Shown: one piece after another, positions 9,840-20,464 of the stretch
Numbering within the stretch: the first letter of the stretch is position 1
Layout of the letters: each line of letters opens with the position of its first letter
Source: an uncultured Gemmatimonadales bacterium
Lineage (GTDB): Bacteria > Gemmatimonadota > Gemmatimonadetes > Longimicrobiales > Gaopeijiaceae
Assembly: GCA_963809895.1 (NCBI GenBank)
Contig: CAWELD010000003.1
Coordinates: 3,392,001 to 3,456,000 of the forward strand
Direction of reading: 5' to 3'
DNA length: 64,000 nt
Notes under the pieces: model-generated
Told to the model about the DNA's origin: nothing
Database searches by the model: none
Seen by the model: the letters and a program-made list of their open reading frames with translations, nothing else
Position numbers and translations under genes: made by a program

Positions 9840-10338
9840 CGTCGCCTCCCTCCGTCTCGAGCTCGGCCTTCAGCCGGTCCTTCTCCTCGTCGCTGCCCAA
9901 CGCCTTCTGCAGCGCCTGATCCAGCTTGTAGTTGGTGGCGAGCTTCGACCGGAAGTCCGCGAGCTGCTTCCTCTTGTCCAGAAGCGCCTTGAGCGGCTCC
10001 ACCTGGTTCGCCACCCGGTCTGGCGAGAAGTCCTCGAAGCTCTCGAAGTTCAGATCCACGCCCAGCTTGCCACCGTCGTCGGACAGCTTGTTGTCGACGG
10101 AGAAGGTGAGGCGAGGATTCGAAGCCTTGAGGACCTTGTTGAAGTTGTCCGGATTGATCTCGGTGAATTCCCGATCTCTCACCTCCGGCAGCTCGCCGTC
10201 GCCGCTCAGGTCCGCCAGGACCCCCATGATGAACGGCAACTCCTTCTTGACGATGGCATCGCCGACCTCGACGTCGTACGAGATGTTGACCCTCGTCGGC
10301 CGCTGTCGATTGCGCCTTTTCTGGAAACTCTCCGCCAT
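9826..10338 (-). CDS. tssB: T6SS contractile sheath small subunit TssB (VipA)
   Basis: RPTRVNISYDVE, KELPFIMGVLADLSG, DNFNKVL, FESFEDFSPDRVANQVEPLKALLDKR. Confidence 0.97.
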   Translation of the reverse strand: MAESFQKRRNRQRPTRVNISYDVEVGDAIVKKELPFIMGVLADLSGDGELPEVRDREFTEINPDNFNKVLKASNPRLTFSVDNKLSDDGGKLGVDLNFESFEDFSPDRVANQVEPLKALLDKRKQLADFRSKLATNYKLDQALQKALGSDEEKDRLKAELETEGGDDGES

Positions 10339-10430
10339 GTTTCGGCTCCTGCGCGGGTGGGCCCGGGCGAGTGGGCGACTGCGCGACCTGTCCGCCTTGC
10401 GCGACGGTCCCGAGGAACAGGCCGGCCAAG

Positions 10431-10466
10431 AGTTGACAACTACATCGGCTCGCGGACGTCTGTCAA
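10431..10466. promoter_or_regulatory. Candidate promoter/operator upstream of tssB: TTGACA-N22-TGTCAA inverted pair plus palindrome AGTTGACAACT
   Basis: TTGACA at 10433-10438 (+) and at 10466-10461 (-), the latter pointing at tssB about 125 nt downstream. AGTTG-A-CAACT at 10431-10441. The -10 element is poor. Confidence 0.45.
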
Positions 10467-10527
10467 GCAGATCGACCGGTCGGCGGCCGTCGCGACCGGC
10501 CCGTGGCGAGCCGCGGCTTCGCGACGC

Positions 10528-12036
10528 TCAACCTGCACTCCACCATGCCGATAGCGGGGCTCCACCCACCTGCGTGGAGAAGAGCGTCGGCACGCGCAGC
10601 CGCGCCTCCTGCCTGTAGCCTGCCAGGGGGACGACGCCACGGTTGGCGATGCGGCGCAAGGCGTCGGCGTTCCAGACCGCTTCCACCGGGTGGGCCAGTA
10701 CCCTCCCGGCGGCGCCCACGTGGATCGGCAGGCCCGAGAGGTCGTGCGGCGCCGGTGACAAGGACCAGCCCCGCTCGAGAAAGGAGCGCGCCAGCGCCGC
10801 CGCCGCCGGGAACGCCGGGTTGCCCCACAGGTAGGCGTCGCCGGCCGCGACCTCCGCTTCCTCCACCGGAAAGGTCTCGCAGGGATCCGTGTCTTCGCCG
10901 TAGGGGAGCCGCACCAGGTATCGCGGTGCCACAAGTCCCACGGACGCCGCGGCCTCGGTCCGGCGGAAGGCGTCCCAGGCCGGCGTGTCGGGCTCGGGCC
11001 AATCGTAGTCGGCCGGAGGATCGGCCCAGCCCGCGAGTCCCAGCAAGCCGGCGCCGGCGCCGGCCAGCAGGGGGATCCCCGAGGCGTGTGCCAGCATGGC
11101 CAGGCGGTTGAGGAGAGCGACGTCTCGCGCCTCGCCACCGAACGCCTCCGCCAGCACCACCAGCGCCGGGGCACCCTCCCCAGGGCCCGGAAGCGGCTCC
11201 AGGAGCGCCCGCGCCAGGCGACTTCGCTCCAACGAGCCCGCATCGGGCCCGCCCACGTCGGCTGCGAGCTCCGCCCGCGACACGTCCAGCACGTAGCATC
11301 TGACCTCGGGCCACTCCACGCCGGCCAGCAGGAAGAGGAGCGAGCGCCAGAGCGCCTCGAGATCGCGCACCGCCGGCGCGTGCAGCACCTCGACGATCCT
11401 GCGGGCCGCCTCTCGCTCGAGGCGGGCGCGCAACTCCGACTGTGCGTCGCTCTCGTCGGGCACGCGGTGCTCCTCCACCACGTCGCGAACCCAGGCGCTC
11501 AGGTCACCCAGGGGCCCCGAGTCGGGCGGTGCCTCTACCCGGGGCGTCGCCTCCACGATGTCGTCGAGCAGGCTCTCCGAAGCGGCGGGGGCGTCGGCCG
11601 GCTCCCCGTCGTCGTCACCGCTCGGTCCGGCGCTGCCGCCGCGGCTGGCCGCGGTCTCGGCGGGCCCCGCGGCCGCTCCCTCCAGGGCAGAGGTGATGGA
11701 TGCGCGCAGGCTCTGCAACTGCGGCACGCGCTTCACCAGACGGTCCGGTCGGAAATCCGCGATCTCGCCGACGTCGAAGGTCACGGGGCCCGACCCGTCC
11801 AGCTGGAACTCCACCCGGGGCCGCAACTCGCCCAACAGCTCGTCGGGGTCGGTCACAGCCAGCACGCGGCGCTGGTCCAGGGGCGGAGCCGAGGGGCCGT
11901 CCCGGTGTCCGCGCCCGGAGAAGTCGCCCACCACCAGGATCCGGAACGGAGGCGTCTCGGCCGACTCCACGGGGCCTGTCGTACGGCCCGGGTTCGTGGA
12001 GAGGGCGATGCGAACGCGGTCGGAGTCCGGGTCCAT
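10528..12036 (-). CDS. Single-chain TssB-TssC sheath-like fusion protein lacking the TssC C-terminal domain
   Basis: N-half aligns by eye to the local TssB (RVRIA~RVNIS, PPFRILVVGDFSG~LPFIMGVLADLSG, IADFRPDRLVKRVPQLQSLR~FEDFSPDRVANQVEPLKALL). C-half aligns to the local TssC (SLLDDIVE~SLLDQLVD, EVLHAPAVRDLEALWRSL~EIIHHEKFQKLEATWTGL, WDAFRR..PRYLVRLPYG~WRAFRE..PRMLLREPYG, YLWGNPAF~YLWGNSAW). Confidence 0.88.
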   Translation of the reverse strand: MDPDSDRVRIALSTNPGRTTGPVESAETPPFRILVVGDFSGRGHRDGPSAPPLDQRRVLAVTDPDELLGELRPRVEFQLDGSGPVTFDVGEIADFRPDRLVKRVPQLQSLRASITSALEGAAAGPAETAASRGGSAGPSGDDDGEPADAPAASESLLDDIVEATPRVEAPPDSGPLGDLSAWVRDVVEEHRVPDESDAQSELRARLEREAARRIVEVLHAPAVRDLEALWRSLLFLLAGVEWPEVRCYVLDVSRAELAADVGGPDAGSLERSRLARALLEPLPGPGEGAPALVVLAEAFGGEARDVALLNRLAMLAHASGIPLLAGAGAGLLGLAGWADPPADYDWPEPDTPAWDAFRRTEAAASVGLVAPRYLVRLPYGEDTDPCETFPVEEAEVAAGDAYLWGNPAFPAAAALARSFLERGWSLSPAPHDLSGLPIHVGAAGRVLAHPVEAVWNADALRRIANRGVVPLAGYRQEARLRVPTLFSTQVGGAPLSAWWSAG

Positions 12037-12152
12037 GGCTGCTTCCGGGAGGGGAGCGTCGCGGGGCCGGACACAGGCTGGCCGAGGCCGGCGGCGGATG
12101 CTATAGGTCAGAGGTGGTCGCGCGGGCCACTCTCAGCCCATGGTAGGAGATC

Positions 12153-13556
12153 ATGAGACAGACGCAAGGCGTCCTGTGGACCAAGGGCGTGCTCCTGAAT
12201 CCCCAGCACCTGCAGCTGCAGGACCGGTACCTGGAAGACAAGCTGGCCTTCCACGTGTCGAGCCTGTCCTTCTGTCCGTGGGGATTCCTGGACTACGACA
12301 TCGACGCCGACGCGCTGTCGGGTGGCCAGTTCCGGCTCTCGCGGGCCTCCGGGCTCATGCCCGACGGGCTCGTCTTCGACATCCCCGCGGCCGACGGGCC
12401 GCCGCCGCCCCGCGACGTGGACGAGCACTGGAAGCCGGACCAGACCCGAATGGCCATCTATCTGGCCATCCCCGAGCTGGTCGACGGGGGCCGCAACGTG
12501 GGGTCGGAGGCCGGAGACACCAGCGCGCGCTTCTCACCCGAGATCCTGTCGGTGCGCGATGAGAACACCGGCCGCGCCGAGAAGGACATCCTCGTCGCCC
12601 GCAAGAACTTCCGCATTCTGTTCGAGAACGAGGCGATGGAGGGCTCCACCCTCATGCAGGTCGCGCGTCTCGTACGGACGCCTGCCGGTGAGACCACGCT
12701 GGACACGACCTACGTTCCCGAGATCCTGGACATCTCGGCCAGCGACCACCTCATGAGCATCACCCGCCGGCTCGTGGAGATCCTCACGGCCAAGGCCACC
12801 GAGTTGGGCGGCATCCGGCGCCAGCGCGGCCAGGTCGCCGACTTCGGCCGGCTCGACATCGCCCACTTCTGGCTGCTCTACACGGTCAACAGCCACCTGC
12901 CCGTCTTCCGCCACCTGCTGGCCGAGACGGGGCGGCCCCGGGCGGCCGGCGGGCCCGGTCCTCGCCGGGCGCATCCGGTGGAGCTCTTCCGCGCCATGGC
13001 GGAGATGGCCGCCACGCTCATGACCTTCGCCCCCGGACGGCACCCCAGGGACCTGCCCTCGTACGATCACGACCGGCTGTCCGAGTGCTTCACCGAGTTG
13101 GACGGCCTGCTGCGGGAGCTCCTCGAGACCGCCATCCCCACCAACTGCGTGACACTCCCGCTGGAGCGGATGGACACCTCGCTGTACGCGACCTCGCTGG
13201 ATGACGATCGCCACCTCTCGGCGGTGCAGGCCTATCTGGCCGTGACCACGGAGATGGATCAAGCACGCCTCATCAAGAAGGCCGCGGACTGGATCAAGGT
13301 GGGATCCCGGGATCAGATCCGGGACCTGCTGGGCCAGGCGGTGTCCGGCGTGGCGCTCCGCCACCAGCCCACTCCGCCCAACGAGGTGCCGCTCAAGACC
13401 GGCTGTCAGTACTTCCACCTGGAAACGTCGGGGCCCCGCTGGTCGGCGATCCTCAGGTCCCGGAGCCTGGCGGCGTGGGTGTCGTCCGAGATCCCGGATC
13501 CGCACCTGGAGCTCGTGCTGCTCCTGCCTTCCGGAAAGGACACCGGGGGCCGGTAG
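12153..13556 (+). CDS. tssK: T6SS baseplate subunit TssK (copy 1)
   Basis: VLWTKGVLLNPQHLQLQDRYLE, WGF, GLMPDGLVFD, FWLLYTVN, HPVELFR, YDHDRLSECF, YFHL. RBS TAGGAGA. Confidence 0.93.
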   Translation: MRQTQGVLWTKGVLLNPQHLQLQDRYLEDKLAFHVSSLSFCPWGFLDYDIDADALSGGQFRLSRASGLMPDGLVFDIPAADGPPPPRDVDEHWKPDQTRMAIYLAIPELVDGGRNVGSEAGDTSARFSPEILSVRDENTGRAEKDILVARKNFRILFENEAMEGSTLMQVARLVRTPAGETTLDTTYVPEILDISASDHLMSITRRLVEILTAKATELGGIRRQRGQVADFGRLDIAHFWLLYTVNSHLPVFRHLLAETGRPRAAGGPGPRRAHPVELFRAMAEMAATLMTFAPGRHPRDLPSYDHDRLSECFTELDGLLRELLETAIPTNCVTLPLERMDTSLYATSLDDDRHLSAVQAYLAVTTEMDQARLIKKAADWIKVGSRDQIRDLLGQAVSGVALRHQPTPPNEVPLKTGCQYFHLETSGPRWSAILRSRSLAAWVSSEIPDPHLELVLLLPSGKDTGGR

Positions 13557-13608
13557 CCGGCGGAGGGAGTGCCGCTCGCTCGAGAACGGCGGACGGCGGG
13601 CGCTACCC

Positions 13609-14730
<1,122 letters not shown>

Positions 14731-14848
14731 GGGCCGAAAACGTATCCCGCGCGACCCGGAACAAGCAACCGCCAGCCTTGCCAACCAGGGGGCCAGCCCG
14801 GAAGTTGCCAGAGTCGGAGAGTCACGTTTCCGCTACCCCGCAGGCCCC

Positions 14849-16204
14849 GTGGGAATTCCCTCGCTTTCCCGGGTGGTCTGGAGCGAGGGCATGCACCTCG
14901 CCCAGCATCACTTCCAGGCTCAGTGCCGCTATCTCGAGAGCGCGATGCACTTCGCGCTCTCGTCGGCCTTTCACGGGATCTACGGGTTCCTCTCGCTCGA
15001 ACTGGACGACGAGGCGCTCTGGAACGGGACGGTGTCGCTGGTGCGCGCCGCCGGCGTGGCCCCTGACGGGCTGGCCTTCGACCTGAGCGATGCGGATCAC
15101 CTGCCCGAGACGCGCAAGGTCGCCGACCTGCTGGCCGCCGACCAGGACGCGGTCGTGCTCCACCTGGCCGTGCCCGCCTACCGGCGTGACCGCGCCAACT
15201 GCGCCGACGACGACGGGACCGACGGCGAGCGCCGCCGCTTCCGCGCCGAGACCGTCACCCTCTTCGACGAGACCACCGGCACCGACGCACGCCAGGTCCG
15301 CGTGGGCCGAGGCAACCTGGAGATCCTGACGGATTCCGAGCTGGACGACCACATCGTGAGCCTGCCCATGGCCAGGGTACGCGCGGAGGGGTCGGGACAC
15401 TTCGTCTACGATCCTCTCTTCGTGCCCCCGGTGCTCCGGGTCGGCGCCAGCGCGCGCATCACGGCGCTGCTCGAGGGTCTCGTGGAGATGCTGGAAGCCA
15501 AGGGAGAGGCGCTGGCGTCGCGACTGCCCGGCGCGGACTCCATGTCGGGGACCACGGCCCGGGAGCTCATCGGTCTGTGGCTCACCCACACCGTGTACAC
15601 GGGCCTGGCGCCGCTCAGGAGCCAGCTCGAGCACGGCCGCGCTCATCCCCGCGAGGTGTACGAGAACCTCGCCCGCCTCGCCGGCGCCCTGTGCACCTTC
15701 TCGCTGGAATCCGAGGCCCGGGATCTCCCGCTCTACGACCACGACCAGCCCGGCGAGGCCTTCGCCGCGCTGGACCGCCGCATCCGCAGGCACCTCGAGG
15801 TCATCGTGCCCGAGAGCCACCTGACGGTGCGGCTCACGCGAACCGAGCCCAACGTCCACACGGCCACGCTGGAGGACAAGCGGGCACTGGAACGCTCCGA
15901 ATGGGTGCTGGGCGTGCGCTCCGCCGCCTCCGCGGCCGCGGTGATCGCCGAGGTGCCGCGCACGGTGAAGGTGTGCTCGGCCGAAGACGTGATGCGGCTC
16001 GTGCAGGACGCCAACCCGGCCCTGCCGCTGGAGCACCTGGCGGCACCTCCCGGCACCATCGCTCCCCGGGTCGGCAGCCACTACTTCCGCATCCGGCACC
16101 AGGGCCGGAGCTGGGATCTGATCCGGGCCCGCTCCTCCGTGGGCGTGTACGTCCCCGACGCCTTGCCGGAGGCGGAGCTGGAGCTGTTGATCATTCCCGA
16201 ATGA
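14849..16204 (+). CDS. tssK: T6SS baseplate subunit TssK (copy 2)
   Basis: RVVWSEGMHLAQHHFQAQCRYLE, YGF, GVAPDG, FVPPVL, LWLTHTV, HPREVYENLARLAGALCTF, YDHDQP, YFRI. The GTG start at 14849 is inferred from the homology start. Confidence 0.92.
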   Translation: MGIPSLSRVVWSEGMHLAQHHFQAQCRYLESAMHFALSSAFHGIYGFLSLELDDEALWNGTVSLVRAAGVAPDGLAFDLSDADHLPETRKVADLLAADQDAVVLHLAVPAYRRDRANCADDDGTDGERRRFRAETVTLFDETTGTDARQVRVGRGNLEILTDSELDDHIVSLPMARVRAEGSGHFVYDPLFVPPVLRVGASARITALLEGLVEMLEAKGEALASRLPGADSMSGTTARELIGLWLTHTVYTGLAPLRSQLEHGRAHPREVYENLARLAGALCTFSLESEARDLPLYDHDQPGEAFAALDRRIRRHLEVIVPESHLTVRLTRTEPNVHTATLEDKRALERSEWVLGVRSAASAAAVIAEVPRTVKVCSAEDVMRLVQDANPALPLEHLAAPPGTIAPRVGSHYFRIRHQGRSWDLIRARSSVGVYVPDALPEAELELLIIPE

Positions 16205-16217
16205 GGGGCACCGCGTC

Positions 16218-16940
16218 ATGATGCACGACACGCGACTCGCCACGGCCACCAACCCGGGCGCCAACCCCCGGGGGCGTCTCGCCCTGGCCTTCCAGGAGGC
16301 GCTCACCGTCATCGTGCGCCTGCGGGAGAAGCGCCAGGTACCGAGCGATCCGTCGGCCTTCCGGGCCCGCATGCGGGACATGCTCCTGGGGGCGGACCAG
16401 GAGGCGCGGCGCATGGGCTATCCCGCGGAGTTCGTGCGCATCTCGGTCTACTGCGTCATCGCCTACCTGGACGAGACGGTGCTGGCCACCCCCGGCCCTC
16501 TGTCCAGCGCATGGGTGGGCAGGCCCATGCAGGAGGAGGTCTTCGGCGACGCGGTCGCCGGCGAGAACTTCTTCCGGCACCTGGACGAGCTGTTGGCGCG
16601 GCAGGACTCGGCGTTCGTCGCCGACGTCCTGGAGGTCATGCTCCTGTGCATGCTTCTGGGATTCAAGGGCCGCTACGCGTCGTCCGACGGAAGCGAGCTC
16701 GCCATCCGCATCCGGTCGACCCGTGACAAGGTCGAGCGCATCCGCGGAGGTGCCGGCCCGCTGTCGCCCCGGGCCTATCCTCCGGCCGACGAGGGCGTGG
16801 TGCGCGGGGGCGACCCGTGGCTGCGCAGGCTCTCGCTGGTCTTCCTCGGCACCGCCGTGACGGTATTCCTGCTCTTCCTCCTGCTCCGGTTCCTCTCGCT
16901 CCCCGCCGGGGTCGACAGGATCCACGAGCTCGCCGGCTAG
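16218..16940 (+). CDS. tssL: T6SS membrane protein TssL (DotU), no OmpA domain
   Basis: YCVIAYLDETVL, W..RPMQEEVFGDAVAGENFF, DVLEVMLLCMLLGFKGRY, single C-terminal TM. Confidence 0.94.
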   Translation: MMHDTRLATATNPGANPRGRLALAFQEALTVIVRLREKRQVPSDPSAFRARMRDMLLGADQEARRMGYPAEFVRISVYCVIAYLDETVLATPGPLSSAWVGRPMQEEVFGDAVAGENFFRHLDELLARQDSAFVADVLEVMLLCMLLGFKGRYASSDGSELAIRIRSTRDKVERIRGGAGPLSPRAYPPADEGVVRGGDPWLRRLSLVFLGTAVTVFLLFLLLRFLSLPAGVDRIHELAG

Positions 16941-16979
16941 CCGCACCCCCGAGCCCTCCGCACCGGAGTCCCGATTTCC

Positions 16980-19900
16980 ATGCCCAGACCACGGATGCCC
17001 AGACCACGCTCCCTCCTCGTGGGCGCACCCGTCCTCATGGTCGTGGCGGTCCTGGGGTTCATGGCCGGCTCGGGATTGGACAACCGCTGGCTGCGGTGGG
17101 GCGTGCGGGCGGCCATCTGGATGCTGGGGGCGATGATCGTCTACTTCATCCTCCAGCTCATGCGCCGGGCCGGAGGCCCCCGCAAGAAGGCTGCCCCGGA
17201 CCCCGTCGACGGCATCCTCAGCGAGGCGCGCAAGCGGCTCAAGGCGGCGGGGGTCAAGGGGCGCGGAGCCATGGACCGGCTGCCCATGGTGCTGGTCATG
17301 GGGCCCCGGGGCTCGGCCAAGACCACGCTGGTGCTGCAGTCGGACCTGGACGCCGAGCACCTGGCCGGCAACCTGCGCTCCGACGGCCTGGTGGCGCCCA
17401 CCGAGGCCCTCAACCTCTGGTACGACGACGGACGGGTGGTGGTGGAGGCCGCCGGCGCGCTGGCGGTGGAGCCCACGCGCTGGTCGACCCTGGTCTCGAA
17501 GCTACGCCCCCGGCGCTGGCTGCCGGCGCTGCTCGGGCGTCCACAAGCTCCCCGGGTGGCCGTGGTCTGCTTCAGCGTCGAGGACCTCATGGAGCTGAGC
17601 GCGGGCGACGGAGCCGGGAGCGCGGCCCGCAACCTGCGGGACCGCCTGACCGAGCTCTCCGAGGCCATCGGCATCCGACTCCCCGTCTACGTGGTCTTCA
17701 CCAAGGCCGACCGCATTCCCCACTTCGAGGAGTTCGTCGAGAACCTCACGGACCCGGAAGTCCAGGAGATCCTGGGCACCACGCTGCGCGCCCTGGGCGA
17801 GTCGACGGCGGGAACCTGGGCCGAGCGTGAGAAGGACCGCCTGGCCGGGTCCTTCGAGGAGATGTTCCAGAGCCTGGCAGAGCGCCGGCTCGAGGTCCTC
17901 GATCGCGCGGGCTCCACGGAGGGGAACGGCGCCGCGTACGAGTTCCCGCGGGAGTTCCGCAAGCTCGCGCCCACGGCCATCGACTTCCTGGTGGAGCTGT
18001 GCCGGCCCAGCCAGCTGCGCGTGAGCCCGTTCCTCCGGGGATTCTACTTCACCGGCGTGCGCCCCGTGGTGGTCGAGGAGGGCGCACCGCGCTACGAGGC
18101 GCCTCCGGCCCTCGAGGAGGCCGCGCCGGCCGGAGCCACGCAGGTGTTCAACCTCCAGGCGGCCCAGGCCAGGGCGGCGCAGGCCTCCTCCGGCTCCCGG
18201 GAGGGCCGTCAGCGCCGCGTGCCCCAGTGGGTCTTCCTGCAACGCATCCTGCGCAAGGTGGTCCTGCAGGACCGGGTGGCCATGGGGATCACCACCAGCG
18301 GCATCGGGTTGTCGGCGCTGCGTCGGATCTACTGGGCGGCCGGCATCGGCCTGTTTCTGGTCCTGGGCCTCTCGCTGATGGTGTCCTACAACAGGGAGCG
18401 AGGCCTGCAGGACGAGGTGGCGACCGCCATGGCGGCCCTTCCCCGGTCCGTGCCCGGTGGGCGCGGCGTGGCGTCCATGGACGACATCCGGCGGCTGGAC
18501 GCCCTGCGCGCGGTCACCGACAAGCTGTCACGCTACGAGAACGGCCACCGGCCGCTCCGCAACCTCCTCTTCATGTACACGGGTGGAGACCTCTACCCCA
18601 CCGCTCGCGAACGCTACTTCCAGGTGTTCCGGCCCCTGCTCTTCAACCGCGCCTTCGACGGCATCCAGAGCGATCTGCGCAGCCCCCCCGAGCCTCCCAC
18701 CTTCGCCGACTACGACCGCACCTACCGCGCGCTCAAGGCCTACATCGAGATGACCGACGAGCCAGGGCACGCCGAGGCGGGCTTCTTCGGCGACGTGCTC
18801 ACGGACTACTGGGCCGGGAGCGAGGACCTGGGCGACGACCGCCAGGAGCTGGCGCGGGCGCAGTTCGCCTTCTACGGCTCGGAGCTGCCCTACGGCAATC
18901 CCTACACGCTCAACGCCGACCCCTCGCTGGTGGGCCCGACGCGTCAGTTCCTCGTGCGCAACACCAACGAGGAGTCCTTCTACCGGAGCCTCGTCGGTCA
19001 ATGGAGCAGCCGCTTGCCCGCGGCACGCCTGGCGACCGACCGCCCCGAGACGGCGCCTTTCGTGGCATCGGAGGCCGAGGTTCCGGGAGCCTTCACCCGG
19101 ATGGCCTGGGACTCGGTGCACACAAGCCTCGCCCGATCGGATCAGGCCCTGAGCCTCGATCGCTGGGTGGTGGGTGAGGGATTCTTCGCGTCGGTGCTGC
19201 AGCAGGGCTTCGACACGGATTCGCTGGCCCCACGCCTCCGCAGCCGTTACGAGACCGACTACAGGGACGCCTGGGTGAGCTTCCTGAGCGACACCCAGCT
19301 GCAGACGCGCAGCCTGGGCGGCGCACGCAACTGGTTGGCCGACCTGGGCGGGAACCGGTCGGCGGTCTTCCAGATCCTGGAGTACGTGGATTCCCAGACC
19401 GCCGTGAACGCGCCGGCGGTGCGGAACACGTTCGCCGCCCTCGATGCCCTGGTGCCACCGGACAGCGTGCGCGGAACCAAGCTGTACAGCGACGAGGCGG
19501 GCAGCGCCTACCTGGTCCAGCTCCAGACGCTGGGGCAGGCGGTGGGACGGCTGGCCGACAGCCCCGGCGATCCGACGGCGGGCGATCAGGTGCGGACCGC
19601 CGCCGCCACCGGGCTCCAGTTCGTGAGCCAGACCAGCCTGGGCTTTCCCGGCGAGCCCGCCGAGGCCCGCACCGCCAGCGGCGCCGTCACGGCCCTGCTG
19701 TCCCGCCCCTTCCGCTGGGCCGAGGCCCAGGCGGGCCAGGGCCCGCAAATGGCGGCCAACGGAATCGCACAGGAGTTCTGCCAGCGCCAGGAGGGGCGCG
19801 TGCTGGGTCGCTACCCCTTCGAGCCGAACCGACCCGAAGCGGCAGTGGAGGACGTGGCCGCCTTCCTGGCGCCCGACGGCGGTGAGCTGCGAGCGTTCAT

Positions 19901-20393
19901 GGACGAGGTCGACGCCACCGGCGCCAACCTCACCTCCGCCTACGACCGTTTCCGCACCCGGGCGCTGGAGGTCTCCAGGGCCTTCTACCAGCGCGGCGGC
20001 GACATGGGCTTCGACTTCACCTTCCAGGTCACCAACTTCCAGGGCGTGGACCGGGTGGAGCTGCGCGTGGACGGCCAGGTGGGCGTCTTCACCCCGTCGC
20101 TGTCCAACAGCGAGCGCTTCGTGTGGGATCCCGCGTCGGCGGAGCAGGCCATTCTGGAGGTGCGATCGGGGCAGAATCCCCCGGTGTCACTGGACTTCGC
20201 CGGACCGTGGGCGGTGTTCCGCCTCTTCCATCAGGGCGAGTGGCAGGGCGGCAGCAGCGGCGAGTTCTCCGTCACCTGGGCGCTCCCCGACGGCGGCAGC
20301 GTGACGGGCCTGCTGGCGCCCCGGGGCGGCGTTCCCATCCTGCGTCGGGGCTACCTCGACGCCCTCGATTGCCCCCGGGTCGTGGCGCGATGA
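16980..20393 (+). CDS. tssM: T6SS membrane core protein TssM (IcmF/ImcF)
   Basis: Two N-terminal TMs, LPMVLVMGPRGSAKTT (Walker-A-like), IRLPVYVVFTKADRI..FEEF, YEFPREF, FLRGFYFTG, third TM, YRALKAY, VPGAFTR, GRYPF, GPWAVFRLF. Confidence 0.95.
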   Translation: MPRPRMPRPRSLLVGAPVLMVVAVLGFMAGSGLDNRWLRWGVRAAIWMLGAMIVYFILQLMRRAGGPRKKAAPDPVDGILSEARKRLKAAGVKGRGAMDRLPMVLVMGPRGSAKTTLVLQSDLDAEHLAGNLRSDGLVAPTEALNLWYDDGRVVVEAAGALAVEPTRWSTLVSKLRPRRWLPALLGRPQAPRVAVVCFSVEDLMELSAGDGAGSAARNLRDRLTELSEAIGIRLPVYVVFTKADRIPHFEEFVENLTDPEVQEILGTTLRALGESTAGTWAEREKDRLAGSFEEMFQSLAERRLEVLDRAGSTEGNGAAYEFPREFRKLAPTAIDFLVELCRPSQLRVSPFLRGFYFTGVRPVVVEEGAPRYEAPPALEEAAPAGATQVFNLQAAQARAAQASSGSREGRQRRVPQWVFLQRILRKVVLQDRVAMGITTSGIGLSALRRIYWAAGIGLFLVLGLSLMVSYNRERGLQDEVATAMAALPRSVPGGRGVASMDDIRRLDALRAVTDKLSRYENGHRPLRNLLFMYTGGDLYPTARERYFQVFRPLLFNRAFDGIQSDLRSPPEPPTFADYDRTYRALKAYIEMTDEPGHAEAGFFGDVLTDYWAGSEDLGDDRQELARAQFAFYGSELPYGNPYTLNADPSLVGPTRQFLVRNTNEESFYRSLVGQWSSRLPAARLATDRPETAPFVASEAEVPGAFTRMAWDSVHTSLARSDQALSLDRWVVGEGFFASVLQQGFDTDSLAPRLRSRYETDYRDAWVSFLSDTQLQTRSLGGARNWLADLGGNRSAVFQILEYVDSQTAVNAPAVRNTFAALDALVPPDSVRGTKLYSDEAGSAYLVQLQTLGQAVGRLADSPGDPTAGDQVRTAAATGLQFVSQTSLGFPGEPAEARTASGAVTALLSRPFRWAEAQAGQGPQMAANGIAQEFCQRQEGRVLGRYPFEPNRPEAAVEDVAAFLAPDGGELRAFMDEVDATGANLTSAYDRFRTRALEVSRAFYQRGGDMGFDFTFQVTNFQGVDRVELRVDGQVGVFTPSLSNSERFVWDPASAEQAILEVRSGQNPPVSLDFAGPWAVFRLFHQGEWQGGSSGEFSVTWALPDGGSVTGLLAPRGGVPILRRGYLDALDCPRVVAR

Positions 20394-20464
20394 GCCCTCG
20401 CCCGCCCTATGTTGGTGCCCCTGCGCCGTTCCCGATGACGCACACACCGAGTCCATGGAGACCC

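Noticed and set aside
12099..12107. Extended -10-like TGCTATAGG upstream of tssK1
   Set aside because: Plausible, but it lacks the final T and a -35 element. Insufficient support.
14775..14812. Two TTGCCA motifs between the scaffold gene and tssK2 as possible sigma54 sites
   Set aside because: One has GG-N10-GC spacing but lacks the TTGC context, and the other has the wrong spacing. Too weak to call.
16980..17008. 15-nt tandem duplication at the tssM start (MPRPRMPRPR)
   Set aside because: Only two copies and in frame. It just makes the start codon ambiguous.
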